Virus record (IMG/VR): IMGVR_UViG_3300014641_000001
Span: 60,266 to 124,265 of that record
Strand: one strand, 5' to 3'
DNA length: 64,000 bases
From: a virus
Lineage: Duplodnaviria; Caudoviricetes
Below are positions 29,509 through 39,635 of the stretch, piece by piece; positions within the stretch are counted from its first letter, which is position 1, and each line of letters starts with the position of its first letter. Under the pieces are notes generated by a model. It saw only the letters and a list, made by a program, of their open reading frames with translations. It ran no database searches and was not told where the DNA came from. A program made the position numbers and the translations under genes.

Positions 29509-30531
29509 CTACTCTTCGATTAACATGGCTTCCTCTTTAATCAAATCCTGCAAATCATCGAGAATCAACATGAGCAAATCAATCTGTGTAGCATCGCAAT
29601 CTCTAACAAGTTTACCTTTTCCAAGTCTGGTATTCGTGACAGACTGATACTTGTCCATTGCTCCCTGCTCGTTTAAAGCCTTTGCGATTTTGCCGATTTT
29701 GCCAACTGTTTCTTTGAAATCAGCAACTTCGGTCTGATCTTTATATACATCAATAGGTTTGTCAGATACTTTTGCTCCATCTTCTTTTTCTAACTTGTCA
29801 ATTGCTTGCTGCATATCTTCAAGTAATGCAGTATATGTGAATGGAATCTTAGCTGACATATACTTATTTCTTGAACCAGCTTCCAACTCTTTGCTGCCTC
29901 TTAGATACAGAACCATTCTATTTTCGCCACTTTCAGTAGGTTCAAATGTAGAATATCCGATAACATCAACAAGTCTTGCAAGCACTTTCAGACCTCTTTT
30001 ATCTACTGTTGGCTGAGTTTTATCATACTTTTCACCATTCTCTTTAATCTGCTTTGTATCACTATGAGAAATTACAACTAATGTGTATCCAGCTTTTACG
30101 ATATCCTGGAAATATGCGTCATATTCTCTTTCCACTGCCTTGTATCCACGCTTAGATTCTGTTTCATCAAGGTAATCAACGCCCTCTTTAGCAAGAATGT
30201 ATGCTTCGCACATGTCGTATGCTAAGTCCGCGGTATCCACAATTACTGTCTTAAATACTGTTTCATCCTTTTCCCCGTCTTCAACAGCTTTTGCGTCCTT
30301 CAGCAACTGTTTCTTAACGTCTAGTGCTTCTTTCCACTTATTAATTGGCTGCGCCATTACGCCTGATAACATGTTGTACCCTTTTTCAAAAGCCACAAGA
30401 ATAGGCTTTGGGAACTTAACAGCATTACTTGTTTTTCCTGACTTCTTATCTCCATAAATCAAAAATGATTTACCACTTAAATCTCTACTAATTACACTTG
30501 GTTTAATTCCAAAAATATCAATTCCTGCCAT
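29509..30531 (-). CDS. AAA ATPase (Sak4/YorG-like recombination protein)
   Basis: YGDKKSGKT, AFEKG, VIVDT, ISH, AGSR. Confidence 0.85.
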   Translation of the reverse strand: MAGIDIFGIKPSVISRDLSGKSFLIYGDKKSGKTSNAVKFPKPILVAFEKGYNMLSGVMAQPINKWKEALDVKKQLLKDAKAVEDGEKDETVFKTVIVDTADLAYDMCEAYILAKEGVDYLDETESKRGYKAVEREYDAYFQDIVKAGYTLVVISHSDTKQIKENGEKYDKTQPTVDKRGLKVLARLVDVIGYSTFEPTESGENRMVLYLRGSKELEAGSRNKYMSAKIPFTYTALLEDMQQAIDKLEKEDGAKVSDKPIDVYKDQTEVADFKETVGKIGKIAKALNEQGAMDKYQSVTNTRLGKGKLVRDCDATQIDLLMLILDDLQDLIKEEAMLIEE

Positions 30532-30586
30532 TTAAAGATCTCCTTTATGTATGTTATTTGTTATTATATTATGGGGAAGAGAGTGC

Positions 30587-31504
30587 CTAGAAAGGCATCT
30601 CATCGTCTGTTACTGGTGCTGGTTTTGAATTAGATGAGGTTCCACCAATTGCTTTGCCAGATTTGTTTCCACCCTGATATCCCTTTTCTTCAAGTTCTTT
30701 CAGCATTGCCTTTCTCTCAGCTAAAGCAATTCTGATTGCTTCCTTGGATAACGCGCCTTCTTCATCTTCTTCAATCGCAGGATCAGCTCCTGTCAGAACC
30801 ATTTCAACATAGGACTTTCCTTCAGTTTCTCTCTGAACACCAAGTCCGCCTTTTTTCTTCGGTTTGGGTTCTGCTTTATTCAATGCGAAATCAATATAAA
30901 CCTTAGCCGTCTGTCCTACTTCGTATGCATCTTCAAATCCTTCTTTCAATTCAGCAGGTACAACAATGTTTTTAATTGGAATAATATTCCCAAAGAAATC
31001 TGTTGTAAGAATTGTCACTCTTAAACGGCCAGTTTCATCTTTATCCTCACCCTTTGTCTCTGGATTAATTGACTGGATATATCCTTCAATATCAGCAGTC
31101 CCCTTATAGTTGCCATCAACATCGTTGAAAAAAGCTGCATCAATCTTTGTTGCTTCGATTAACTTCTCTTCTGCATTTACATAGTCGTTGTTAGCGAAAC
31201 TTCCGGAAATACTAACCTCTGTTGCTTCGTCGTAAGAAGAATCTGCAACAGATCTAACCTTGTTTGCCCACTCAACAACCTTTGGATAAGCCTTATTTTC
31301 TTTCTTCTTACCATCTTTTTCACTGTACTCCTGACAGAACTTTTCAAAGTGTCTACTTTCAGCTTTAGAATCGCCAAACTGAATTACGCCTTTCACACTA
31401 ATATAAGGAATACCAGCTTTTGTCTTAGCTTCCTTTTTCTCGAATTCTGCTACCTTACCTGTAAGTACCACATTGTTTACTGTCTGTTTGATCTTGTCAC
31501 TCAT
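30587..31504 (-). CDS. Single-stranded DNA-binding protein (YorF-like)
   Basis: NNVVLTG start, OB-fold-like segments, acidic DDEMPF tail. Confidence 0.8.
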   Translation of the reverse strand: MSDKIKQTVNNVVLTGKVAEFEKKEAKTKAGIPYISVKGVIQFGDSKAESRHFEKFCQEYSEKDGKKKENKAYPKVVEWANKVRSVADSSYDEATEVSISGSFANNDYVNAEEKLIEATKIDAAFFNDVDGNYKGTADIEGYIQSINPETKGEDKDETGRLRVTILTTDFFGNIIPIKNIVVPAELKEGFEDAYEVGQTAKVYIDFALNKAEPKPKKKGGLGVQRETEGKSYVEMVLTGADPAIEEDEEGALSKEAIRIALAERKAMLKELEEKGYQGGNKSGKAIGGTSSNSKPAPVTDDEMPF

Positions 31505-31793
31505 TAAATAAATTACCTCCGTTAAATAAAATTTTTGTATGTTAAATATGTAAAATATAAAAACATCTATTACTTCAACGTCCTCCTGGACGGAACATAG
31601 AAAATCACTCTATAATGAAAAATCTATGTCAAAATAGCTGTTTATGAGCGAACTCTCCCAAGGGTGAGCTATTTCAGCACCCGTACAGATATTCTCTGTT
31701 TAGTTTTAATTTGTTAATGGGAATTTTGATTACCAGAATTTATGTATGTGTTTTCCATCTCGTCGGCCGCCAAACCGAGGCGATAGGGTGTTA

Positions 31794-31943
31794 CTATCTA
31801 ATCCATTCTCTTCTTTCATAATTGTAGTCTGGATCATATTCAAATGTTTCGCTGTCAAAATCATTATCTGACATGTAATCATCATGATATCCTAATGCAT
31901 CTCTTGTGTAGTAATCGTCTAAAAGATCATCAATAGCGCTTAT
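31794..31943 (-). CDS. Small acidic protein (49 aa, ATA start)
   Basis: Open frame after GAGGAGGTGG; rich in D/E/Y. Confidence 0.5.
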   Translation of the reverse strand: MSAIDDLLDDYYTRDALGYHDDYMSDNDFDSETFEYDPDYNYERREWIR

Positions 31944-31982
31944 CGTTAACCACCTCCTCATATCCAATTGAAACAGGAATTT

Positions 31983-32540
31983 TCACGGTATATCTTCAAC
32001 CCAGACATCTCTTGTATAAGTAATTACTTTCTTTTCAAGATGTTCTTCCTCACCACACCAGTTACATCTTCTATGCTCTGGATCAATGTATGTAAATCTT
32101 TCCTCATCATCACTAATCCAGACCCCATGCCCGTAAATGCAGCGACCAATCTCAATGTATTTCTCATAAAACTCCTTCGTTACATCAACAAAATTTGAAT
32201 TAGCATTGCACATGTAACAGAATGTTGTTTGTGAGCACTGGCCTCCCACAATTAAGCTATTGATACACTTGCCAGTAATACAATTGGAACCCAACCCGTC
32301 CGGTTCACCGAAATACAGATTTCTTAAATCCATATTATTTACATCAAATTTTACCTTGACATAGTTTTCAGAATCGCTATCATATTTTGATTCGTCAAAA
32401 TAAACCTTTCTGTAATATGGGTTATTTTTGAGATACTTGTAAATTGCCTTACTGTACTTGTCTGACTTCTTGATATTCTTTGGTTTAATAGAAGCCAGAT
32501 CAATTACATAATCAACTTTTGCTCTTTTAACATCTACCAC
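31983..32540 (-). CDS. Hypothetical phage protein
   Basis: Y..IGRC...H...RRCNWCG. Confidence 0.7.
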   Translation of the reverse strand: MVDVKRAKVDYVIDLASIKPKNIKKSDKYSKAIYKYLKNNPYYRKVYFDESKYDSDSENYVKVKFDVNNMDLRNLYFGEPDGLGSNCITGKCINSLIVGGQCSQTTFCYMCNANSNFVDVTKEFYEKYIEIGRCIYGHGVWISDDEERFTYIDPEHRRCNWCGEEEHLEKKVITYTRDVWVEDIP

Positions 32541-32578
32541 TCTGAGCCTCCTCTCATTTAATCATTCTCCTTTTATTT

Positions 32579-33304
32579 TTACAGTTTCTCAAATGTTAAA
32601 TCTGGACTTTTCACTACTTTGTAAATTTCTTTTATATACGATCTGTAATCATCTAAGGCTTTCTGATTTGTAATCTCGTAATCCAAATCACATTCCATGC
32701 AACACACTTCTATGCAATAAAAACCCTGCTCATATAATTTATCAAGTTCTTCTTCCAGCTCATCTGTTAAGGAGTTACCCATTCCCTCTAGCTGAAACAC
32801 TCTTTTGTACTTCTCCAAATCGCTTTCAGAAATTGTGATGCCTGGATCACCACAATCCTTGCATCTGAAACTGTATTTCTTTTCTGCGACGCCAATAGAT
32901 TTCAAAAGCTCTAAGTCTTGAATAGACAATTTATATTCGAGCCTATCAAGGTTATCCCAACTCATATAATATCTGCCATTCATATAAGCAGCCTTGTCCA
33001 ATCTTAATTTCTCTTCATCTGAAATATTTAATGTGTCAATTTCAGGATAATATGTAGGTTTCAATAACTGTGGATACTTTTGAATTTTCTTACTTTTTAC
33101 AATGGCAGATAATGTGTCTCTCTGAGTATCACTTATCAAATACTGAACCTGGGTAAATACGCCTTTTACTGTTTCGTAGTCATAATTGTTTAATGCATTG
33201 AGATCTAAATCATCGATCGCGTCTTTTAATTTATTTCCGACAGCCTCCAACTTAATCTTCAAATTCTCTTTTTCCTCAATAAGTTTTAAAACATCTTGAA
33301 TCAT
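32579..33304 (-). CDS. Hypothetical Zn-ribbon protein
   Basis: CKDC, CMEC; strong SD. Confidence 0.7.
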   Translation of the reverse strand: MIQDVLKLIEEKENLKIKLEAVGNKLKDAIDDLDLNALNNYDYETVKGVFTQVQYLISDTQRDTLSAIVKSKKIQKYPQLLKPTYYPEIDTLNISDEEKLRLDKAAYMNGRYYMSWDNLDRLEYKLSIQDLELLKSIGVAEKKYSFRCKDCGDPGITISESDLEKYKRVFQLEGMGNSLTDELEEELDKLYEQGFYCIEVCCMECDLDYEITNQKALDDYRSYIKEIYKVVKSPDLTFEKL

Positions 33305-33361
33305 TATTATTTCACCTCCTCTTATATATTCTCTCTTGAAATCGAAGTTTCCTCGCCTTAT

Positions 33362-33907
33362 TTAAAGAAGCTCAATTTTACACACGGTATACCCAGTGTC
33401 CTTTAAATATTGAGCAAAATCCGAATCTGAACGTGCTAATCTTTTAATGAGTGAATCAAGCGACTCCCTTTGAGTATCGTCGTTGATTGTACAGTTATCA
33501 GTTTTTACAGACGAACCCACTAAGTTATTCTTCTTACCAATCTCCAAAAGTCCTTTAATTTCTTCATTCCTCTTATCACATTCCTTTTGTGCTTCACTCT
33601 TTGTAAAATGCAAATACATATCAGCTTCATTATAAAAGTCATAATAACTTGTCCAATACCTTAACCCGTTCTTATAAGAAGTCTGGGCACCTTTGTAAAA
33701 GTTATCGCTAGAACTCCTATTAATCTTCTCCACTGTCACTGTTTTAGGAGCAACCTTCCATACCTTAATTGTTTTGCTATGTACCCCCTTACCTCCACAC
33801 TTAGAACATGTGCAATCAATAATTCCTTTCTCCAAACACCTTTCGCACGGAACTTTAATTTTCATTTCTTCCTCTCGAATCCTATACATTTCAATTGGAA
33901 ATTCCAT
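33362..33907 (-). CDS. Hypothetical protein with DnaJ-like CxxCxGxG motif
   Basis: CERCLEKG, CSKCGGKG. Confidence 0.7.
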   Translation of the reverse strand: MEFPIEMYRIREEEMKIKVPCERCLEKGIIDCTCSKCGGKGVHSKTIKVWKVAPKTVTVEKINRSSSDNFYKGAQTSYKNGLRYWTSYYDFYNEADMYLHFTKSEAQKECDKRNEEIKGLLEIGKKNNLVGSSVKTDNCTINDDTQRESLDSLIKRLARSDSDFAQYLKDTGYTVCKIELL

Positions 33908-33954
33908 TTCTATATTCTCCTTTATATTTTTTATTTACCCATAAAAGACGTGTT

Positions 33955-34146
33955 TCAAGAGATTACCTCCATATCTTCATCGGATAAGCACTCTTCCTCG
34001 ATTTCGCAGTCAAAATGTAAACGCAGTAATTCTAACCACACATGATTATCTAAATGGTGACCGGAAGTCCTGAGTTTTCCATCTACCTCAAGAATCACCC
34101 AATCGCCAGAATCACAAGTTGTCACCTTAATTTTTGTATTGGCCAT
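33955..34146 (-). CDS. Hypothetical protein
   Basis: ORF; stop lies in a palindrome. Confidence 0.65.
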   Translation of the reverse strand: MANTKIKVTTCDSGDWVILEVDGKLRTSGHHLDNHVWLELLRLHFDCEIEEECLSDEDMEVIS

Positions 34147-34149
34147 TAG

Positions 34150-34440
34150 TCACCCACTTTCCTTTTCACCTAAATATCCCAGAATACCACCAAGCCCTCT
34201 ACCTCTTACAATCTGCTTTGCCATCGATATAGGAATGTAATTCTCGCAATTGTCACCATCACATTTTAAAATACCTTTGTATTTGCCATAATCTTCGAGC
34301 TGCATAAAAACCATATCAATATTAAATGCTATTGGCTCATCCATTACTTCTTGAATATAATCAAGTTTTTCGTAGGAAGCCAAATCTTCTAAACGATTTA
34401 TTAATTTATCTACATCAATTAATCTTCCTATGTAAATCAC
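34150..34440 (-). CDS. Hypothetical phage protein (RLIDxD family)
   Basis: GRLIDVDKL; real start may be the ATA at 34431. Confidence 0.65.
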   Translation of the reverse strand: MIYIGRLIDVDKLINRLEDLASYEKLDYIQEVMDEPIAFNIDMVFMQLEDYGKYKGILKCDGDNCENYIPISMAKQIVRGRGLGGILGYLGEKESG

Positions 34441-34465
34441 CTCCTATGAAAGTCGCATTTCATTC

Positions 34466-34693
34466 TCACCCCATCTTTATATCTAGGGCCAATTTTGATA
34501 ATTCCTTGTTTTTCTCTTGACTAACTATTGTCTTAATAGTATTATAAATTTTAGTTCTACAACCTTTGCATAAATTCATCTCTACGCCAATCAGGTCACA
34601 AGGTTTACCTTCAGCAAACGTAGCTGCAATTGGAACTTTAAAATTTCTATCGTTACATTCTGACTGACACAGATCGCAATAATTCCGTACCAA
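34466..34693 (-). CDS. Hypothetical Zn-finger protein
   Basis: CDLC...LCKGC. Confidence 0.65.
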   Translation of the reverse strand: MVRNYCDLCQSECNDRNFKVPIAATFAEGKPCDLIGVEMNLCKGCRTKIYNTIKTIVSQEKNKELSKLALDIKMG

Positions 34694-34744
34694 ATTATTC
34701 TCCTTTCTGTTCTTTTATAAAATTGATCATTCAACGATTATTTT

Positions 34745-34951
34745 TCACTCTTTTTTGTCTCTAACAATCGTCATTCCAAACAGTCTTATTTCACTTACTT
34801 CTGGATATTTTTCAAAAATATCTTTTACCGTATTGCAAATTTGCTGACAACCTGGGCGCATGTCGTCCATCCATTTCTTAAACTTAGCGCTCATTCTCTT
34901 TAAAGATTCTTCTTTAATTTCTTCTTCCGACAAACCGACCCTCCATTCCAA
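34745..34951 (-). CDS. Hypothetical protein
   Basis: ORF track. Confidence 0.55.
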   Translation of the reverse strand: MEWRVGLSEEEIKEESLKRMSAKFKKWMDDMRPGCQQICNTVKDIFEKYPEVSEIRLFGMTIVRDKKE

Positions 34952-34975
34952 ATGAAAACAACCTTCTATTGGATG

Positions 34976-35746
34976 TTAAGCAACGTAATTCTCATCATTA
35001 CTCATTAATACCTTATAATTAATCATGGCTTCGTATAGTCTTGGTGGAATTATATTTTTATATTCTTCGGCTATCTTAATTATGGCGTTTTCTTTGGCTG
35101 ATCTATAAGCAGCAAAAGCTTCTTCTAATGTATTAAATGTTCCCAATGTCTGTGTATTATACCCTGCTCTATATTTTCCTCTACTCGTTTTCCTGATTCC
35201 AACTGGCAAACCAAGATTATTCTTTTTATATGTAAATAATTCATTTATCCTTTGAGGAACCAAGATACAGGTATTGGGGCTATAAATTTTACTTTTAGGA
35301 TCTAAAATATCCTTATCAATGTGTAATCGCTCATTCACTCGGTAATAATTGCTTGTATACCATTCAGCAAAGTTTTGATAATTCAACCACTCATCGCATA
35401 CTTCACATTTCCCAAAATAAGCAGGATACATATTACTATCTTTCTTGCTATAACACCTCCTAAGCATATGAAACCAAGTTTCGTACTCTTTATTTATAGC
35501 GTCTGCTCTACCTGTTTTGAATTTTCCGTTCCCAATCATTCCAATTCCATATATTGTTTTATCGTAAGGGTTTTTAACTTGCCCTCTTTTAAAATTGGAA
35601 TATGTAACATGTGTTTTAATGTAATGGTAGTCATCTAAAAATTCAATATCCAAATCTTCGGTGCTATTGAGTTTAACAATCTTCATTTTTGTTCCATGAT
35701 TGTTAAGTCTTATTTCTCCTATTTGCGCTATTATCTGCCCCTCCAT
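34976..35746 (-). CDS. HNH-family homing endonuclease-like protein with AP2-like C-terminus
   Basis: W..ML.RCY, VCDEWLNYQNFAEW, IDKDIL...YSPNTCILVP..IN, LGTFNT.EEAF.AY. Confidence 0.85.
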   Translation of the reverse strand: MEGQIIAQIGEIRLNNHGTKMKIVKLNSTEDLDIEFLDDYHYIKTHVTYSNFKRGQVKNPYDKTIYGIGMIGNGKFKTGRADAINKEYETWFHMLRRCYSKKDSNMYPAYFGKCEVCDEWLNYQNFAEWYTSNYYRVNERLHIDKDILDPKSKIYSPNTCILVPQRINELFTYKKNNLGLPVGIRKTSRGKYRAGYNTQTLGTFNTLEEAFAAYRSAKENAIIKIAEEYKNIIPPRLYEAMINYKVLMSNDENYVA

Positions 35747-35755
35747 TTTTTATTC

Positions 35756-36190
35756 CTACATCAGCTCCCTAAACTCAAATCGTTCACCACAACTACATTT
35801 AACAGTTCCACAGACACCAATGCTGGTAGGGGTAAGCTCATAAGTAAATCTTCCTCCAATGGCCCCGATTTCCTTACTCTTATGCTTTTCTTCTACATGT
35901 TTTTCTTCCCATTCATAACATGCAGCCAACTCTTCATCTGTTATGGCATAATTAAGACGTCTGTAATTTTTGGATTCCAATTCTCTTAATTCATCCTTTA
36001 ATTTCTGAATTTCTTCGTCTTTATTCCATGTACTGACCAGATCATACATTCTTGTATTTTCTGTATCCAATCGCTCGATGTAATTTGCCAGGTCAATCAG
36101 ACCTCTTTCAGCTTCATTTCTCCCGACCATATGTTTAAAAATGCTTAATGGACTTTTATTATTTTCAATTACTTTTTCAAAAATGTTCAA
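35756..36190 (-). CDS. Hypothetical phage protein
   Basis: GAIGGRFTY..TPTSIG....KCSCG. Confidence 0.7.
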   Translation of the reverse strand: MNIFEKVIENNKSPLSIFKHMVGRNEAERGLIDLANYIERLDTENTRMYDLVSTWNKDEEIQKLKDELRELESKNYRRLNYAITDEELAACYEWEEKHVEEKHKSKEIGAIGGRFTYELTPTSIGVCGTVKCSCGERFEFRELM

Positions 36191-36216
36191 TCTATTACCT
36201 CCTCAAAGGAAATCCA

Positions 36217-36738
36217 TCATTCATATGTAAACGAAGCAAGCTGCGTTGCCAAATTTTTCAATTCATTTTCAACGTATACTCTGCTCCTAATAATTCCACT
36301 GGTTGGGTACATATCTTCAATTTGTTTTGTCATTGATATTCTCTGTGCCAGTTCTGGAAAATACTCCATAGCGAGATCTAACTCCTTACCGTCATCACAA
36401 TGAGCACAATCAAATCCAAACCACCATAAATCTGATTTGACAGGGTATTTTGATTCTACTCCGCCACCTGCATATGTAATCCCACCGTGACAATTGAAAA
36501 ACGCATCTATCCTAACTCTTTCATCTTCATCAAGAAGTGCTCCTAATAAAGGAAATACTCCACTTACTTCTTTACCTTCAATGTCTGCCTTATTTATTTC
36601 TAAATAATCGTTATAATCCCTTCCATATAAACTATGTATATTAGGAACCCCAACGTATCCACATCTATACCCCATATCTCCAAATGTAACTACACAACGT
36701 AACCCATTATATTCAAAATCATTTTCTATCTTATACAT
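36217..36738 (-). CDS. Conserved hypothetical phage protein
   Basis: RCGYVGV, HGGITY, WWFGFDCAH. Confidence 0.8.
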   Translation of the reverse strand: MYKIENDFEYNGLRCVVTFGDMGYRCGYVGVPNIHSLYGRDYNDYLEINKADIEGKEVSGVFPLLGALLDEDERVRIDAFFNCHGGITYAGGGVESKYPVKSDLWWFGFDCAHCDDGKELDLAMEYFPELAQRISMTKQIEDMYPTSGIIRSRVYVENELKNLATQLASFTYE

Positions 36739-36778
36739 ATCGCTTTCTCCTTTTCCATTGAAAAATTTATTTCAATAG

Positions 36779-37030
36779 CTAATTGACCTTTACTGGTGTA
36801 TTATCAATGATGTTTTCCAAACGTTTAATTTCACTATCAATGATCATAGCAACAGAAGAACACAAACATCTAATAGAACGGTTAATATCTGCCCCATCTT
36901 CAATGGTGTCTACTGCATTTTTAACAACTGAATTATTTAGATTCTGCATAATATAATTTTGTAATTTGATTAAATTACCATAATCACTTCTCAGTTCTTC
37001 TATTTTATCTTTTACTTCTTTCACGACCAT
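36779..37030 (-). CDS. Hypothetical protein
   Basis: ORF with SD. Confidence 0.65.
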   Translation of the reverse strand: MVVKEVKDKIEELRSDYGNLIKLQNYIMQNLNNSVVKNAVDTIEDGADINRSIRCLCSSVAMIIDSEIKRLENIIDNTPVKVN

Positions 37031-37233
37031 TTTTCTTATTCCTCCTTTTCTAGCACAGGCAGCTCCTTGGGTTCAACAACTTCTTCCCATTCGGCATCGG
37101 CCACAACATTGTCATCAAAATCTTCCTCTGTATATCCATACTTTTCGTAGTCATGAAAAAATAAATCTCTACCGACCATCATTTATTTATTCTCCTTTGA
37201 AAGAACCATTTCAATCACCAACATTAAACAAAT

Positions 37234-37545
37234 CTACTTTAAATCATCGTTGAGCCATTTATATTTAACACTAAAATTCCATGCTCTTAGAACATCTCTT
37301 ATTGTTTCTTCACTGGCTGTTATCATAGGAATTATGCATAGGCTCTGTAAATTTTTATTAGATTTTTTAAGTATTAGTTTTTCAATCCAACCATAATCTG
37401 AAGCACGATCTGTAATATCGACTTGAAGATAAAAAGTGTTCCCTATAATTTTTGTCTTATATTTGTCGGCGTATATTAAGTCATCATATTTTTTGCACCA
37501 GTCATTATTATTATAATTACAATACCCCACTTCTTTTATTGGCAT
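37234..37545 (-). CDS. Hypothetical protein
   Basis: ORF with SD. Confidence 0.65.
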   Translation of the reverse strand: MPIKEVGYCNYNNNDWCKKYDDLIYADKYKTKIIGNTFYLQVDITDRASDYGWIEKLILKKSNKNLQSLCIIPMITASEETIRDVLRAWNFSVKYKWLNDDLK

Positions 37546-37565
37546 CTCGACTCTCCTTTCTCGCT

Positions 37566-38075
37566 CTATTCTCCGTCTTTTAATATTTTGCTTCTAAAAT
37601 CAGCATCTTTTAATAACTTTAAATAATACAGACAATCATCAAGTTCGTCTTCTGTAAAAGAATGTTTTCCATATCTATAATCTTCATTTATCCCAATTCG
37701 CATCATTACAGTACCATATGACGGACACATTCCGTAGCTACACCTAATACCTTGCCCAATAAATGAAGAGTAGTCTTTTATGCCTAAATACTCATCTTTT
37801 AGTATCTGAAATCCAGATATACAATCCTTAATTGACTCGGAAAGAGATATGGATGCGTCGCCATAAAAGTTTTTCTTTAAAGATTTTGTATATACAAATT
37901 TTCTAGCATTCTCAATTTTATCAAGATTATAGTTATTCATTATGATCTTTTGTTTCTGTAATAAATCAGCCTTTTTATTAGCCAATGTTTTAATGTTTTT
38001 TTCGTATTCTGATTTTAATCTTTCTTCTTCTTTGCGAAGTTCAGTTAATTTATTTTCAATTTCTAATAATTTCAT
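37566..38075 (-). CDS. Hypothetical protein
   Basis: Coiled-coil N-terminus; SD. Confidence 0.7.
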   Translation of the reverse strand: MKLLEIENKLTELRKEEERLKSEYEKNIKTLANKKADLLQKQKIIMNNYNLDKIENARKFVYTKSLKKNFYGDASISLSESIKDCISGFQILKDEYLGIKDYSSFIGQGIRCSYGMCPSYGTVMMRIGINEDYRYGKHSFTEDELDDCLYYLKLLKDADFRSKILKDGE

Positions 38076-38108
38076 AATTATATTCTCCTCTTTTCTCCCA
38101 TGAAAGGT

Positions 38109-38408
38109 TCATTTTAAAGTTAGTTGAAAATTCCCAATATCTATATTCTGAATCTGTTTTATTTTATCGTTGATCGCCTGATTCACACGTGAATCTATGA
38201 TCCTATCCACTTTATCAGTAGACGTTTTAATTGCCTCACAAACTTCTTTACCATTAACTATGTCGCCTTTTAGCTCTTTGACGAGTTTGTTTTTAACCTC
38301 ATTCTTGAACTGATCAATATTAAAAGAGTTTACAATTTCAGAAACCACCATATTTGTAATATGATCTGCGTCCCAGCCTTCTATTTTAAATGTGTAACTG
38401 CCATTCAT
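38109..38408 (-). CDS. Hypothetical protein
   Basis: ORF track. Confidence 0.65.
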   Translation of the reverse strand: MNGSYTFKIEGWDADHITNMVVSEIVNSFNIDQFKNEVKNKLVKELKGDIVNGKEVCEAIKTSTDKVDRIIDSRVNQAINDKIKQIQNIDIGNFQLTLK

Positions 38409-38737
38409 TCCTTATCGCTCCTTTGTTTTATATAATCCGTAGCGAACATTCCTATACATAGAGGACAATCATACTCTCCTCCAAAATATAACTTGTAACC
38501 TTTTTTATCTGCCACTTTATCATAACTATCAATACAAAGATAATCACTATCCCTCCAGCCAATTCTGGTATCGTTTGATGGTTCCATCGCTGGTACAATT
38601 TCGCATTCATTTAATTTAATGACCTGTTCCATATCTTTTACTATGTGCTTCTGTAAATCTTGAAACGTATCAAACTCCACGACATCTTTCATTGCTTCCG
38701 ATAATGAGCCTCTGTGTGGCCTGTATATAACGCTCAT
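38405..38737 (-). CDS. Conserved hypothetical phage protein
   Basis: YRPHRGSLSEAM...D.RIGW. Confidence 0.7.
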   Translation of the reverse strand: MSVIYRPHRGSLSEAMKDVVEFDTFQDLQKHIVKDMEQVIKLNECEIVPAMEPSNDTRIGWRDSDYLCIDSYDKVADKKGYKLYFGGEYDCPLCIGMFATDYIKQRSDKE

Positions 38738-39087
38738 TTACAAACCCCATTCTTTCTAATGATTAACTCGTATCCAACTGGTTCTAATACTTGATGCTGA
38801 AGCAAGTCGTAATTGTTCTTATAAATTTCATCTCCAAATACGTCTAATAACCCCAAGAGTTGCTTATCACAGTTAATCGCCCCTGACTTACAATATTTCA
38901 TAAAATCCGTAAAATTCATTTCTTCTTCATCATTTGGAACTCTAACATATCCATCTGAATGCAAGCGAGATGTATACCCGTCTAATTCATACCATGATAA
39001 AATTTCATGTCCAGTCATGTTGTCGTCTTCATATGTATACACACTAAAATTATCTGTGTACGCTGTTTGCACTTTATATTTCTTCAT
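38734..39087 (-). CDS. Hypothetical protein
   Basis: ORF with SD. Confidence 0.65.
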   Translation of the reverse strand: MKKYKVQTAYTDNFSVYTYEDDNMTGHEILSWYELDGYTSRLHSDGYVRVPNDEEEMNFTDFMKYCKSGAINCDKQLLGLLDVFGDEIYKNNYDLLQHQVLEPVGYELIIRKNGVCK

Positions 39088-39224
39088 TTTCTTCTCCTCT
39101 TTCCCTTTGAATGATTTGTTTTATTTAAGTTTAAATCCTACGTTATCAGTGAAGGCAACCATGCCTTTTGCAATTAATTCATCATTAAGAATCAGCGTGG
39201 GGAGTTTGACCTCCCCATACCGTA

Positions 39225-39614
39225 TTAATCTTCTAACTCAGAAAGCATCTTCTGTAATTCTTCTGCGCTCTTACCCTGTAATTCCTCTTCCTGCTTAGTT
39301 GATAAGATTCCCATAATCTTCTGTTTTCTTTCTCTTTTTTCTTTTGCTTTTAATCTTGCGTCAGCCTCTTCTAGCTTAATTGATACAATATACTTCACAA
39401 TAGCAATCTGCATTTCAAGCACTTCGTCTTCTTTAGTTCTGGTATTAAGCAAGCTTTCTTCTTTTGCCTGTTTCACTTGAGAGTTGAGAGTTTTAAATAC
39501 GGAATCAAGATTTTCCACGTTCAAATCCCATAAGTCCTCAACAGATACAGATCCTCTAAACGGAAATCTCATTTTGCTTCTTGTTGCTACCTCAAACATT
39601 TTTTCGTTATTCAT
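39225..39614 (-). CDS. Conserved phage coiled-coil protein
   Basis: FE.ATR.K.RFP.RG.VSVEDLWDL. Confidence 0.75.
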   Translation of the reverse strand: MNNEKMFEVATRSKMRFPFRGSVSVEDLWDLNVENLDSVFKTLNSQVKQAKEESLLNTRTKEDEVLEMQIAIVKYIVSIKLEEADARLKAKEKRERKQKIMGILSTKQEEELQGKSAEELQKMLSELED

Positions 39615-39635
39615 AATTATCTTTCTCCTTTTTAT

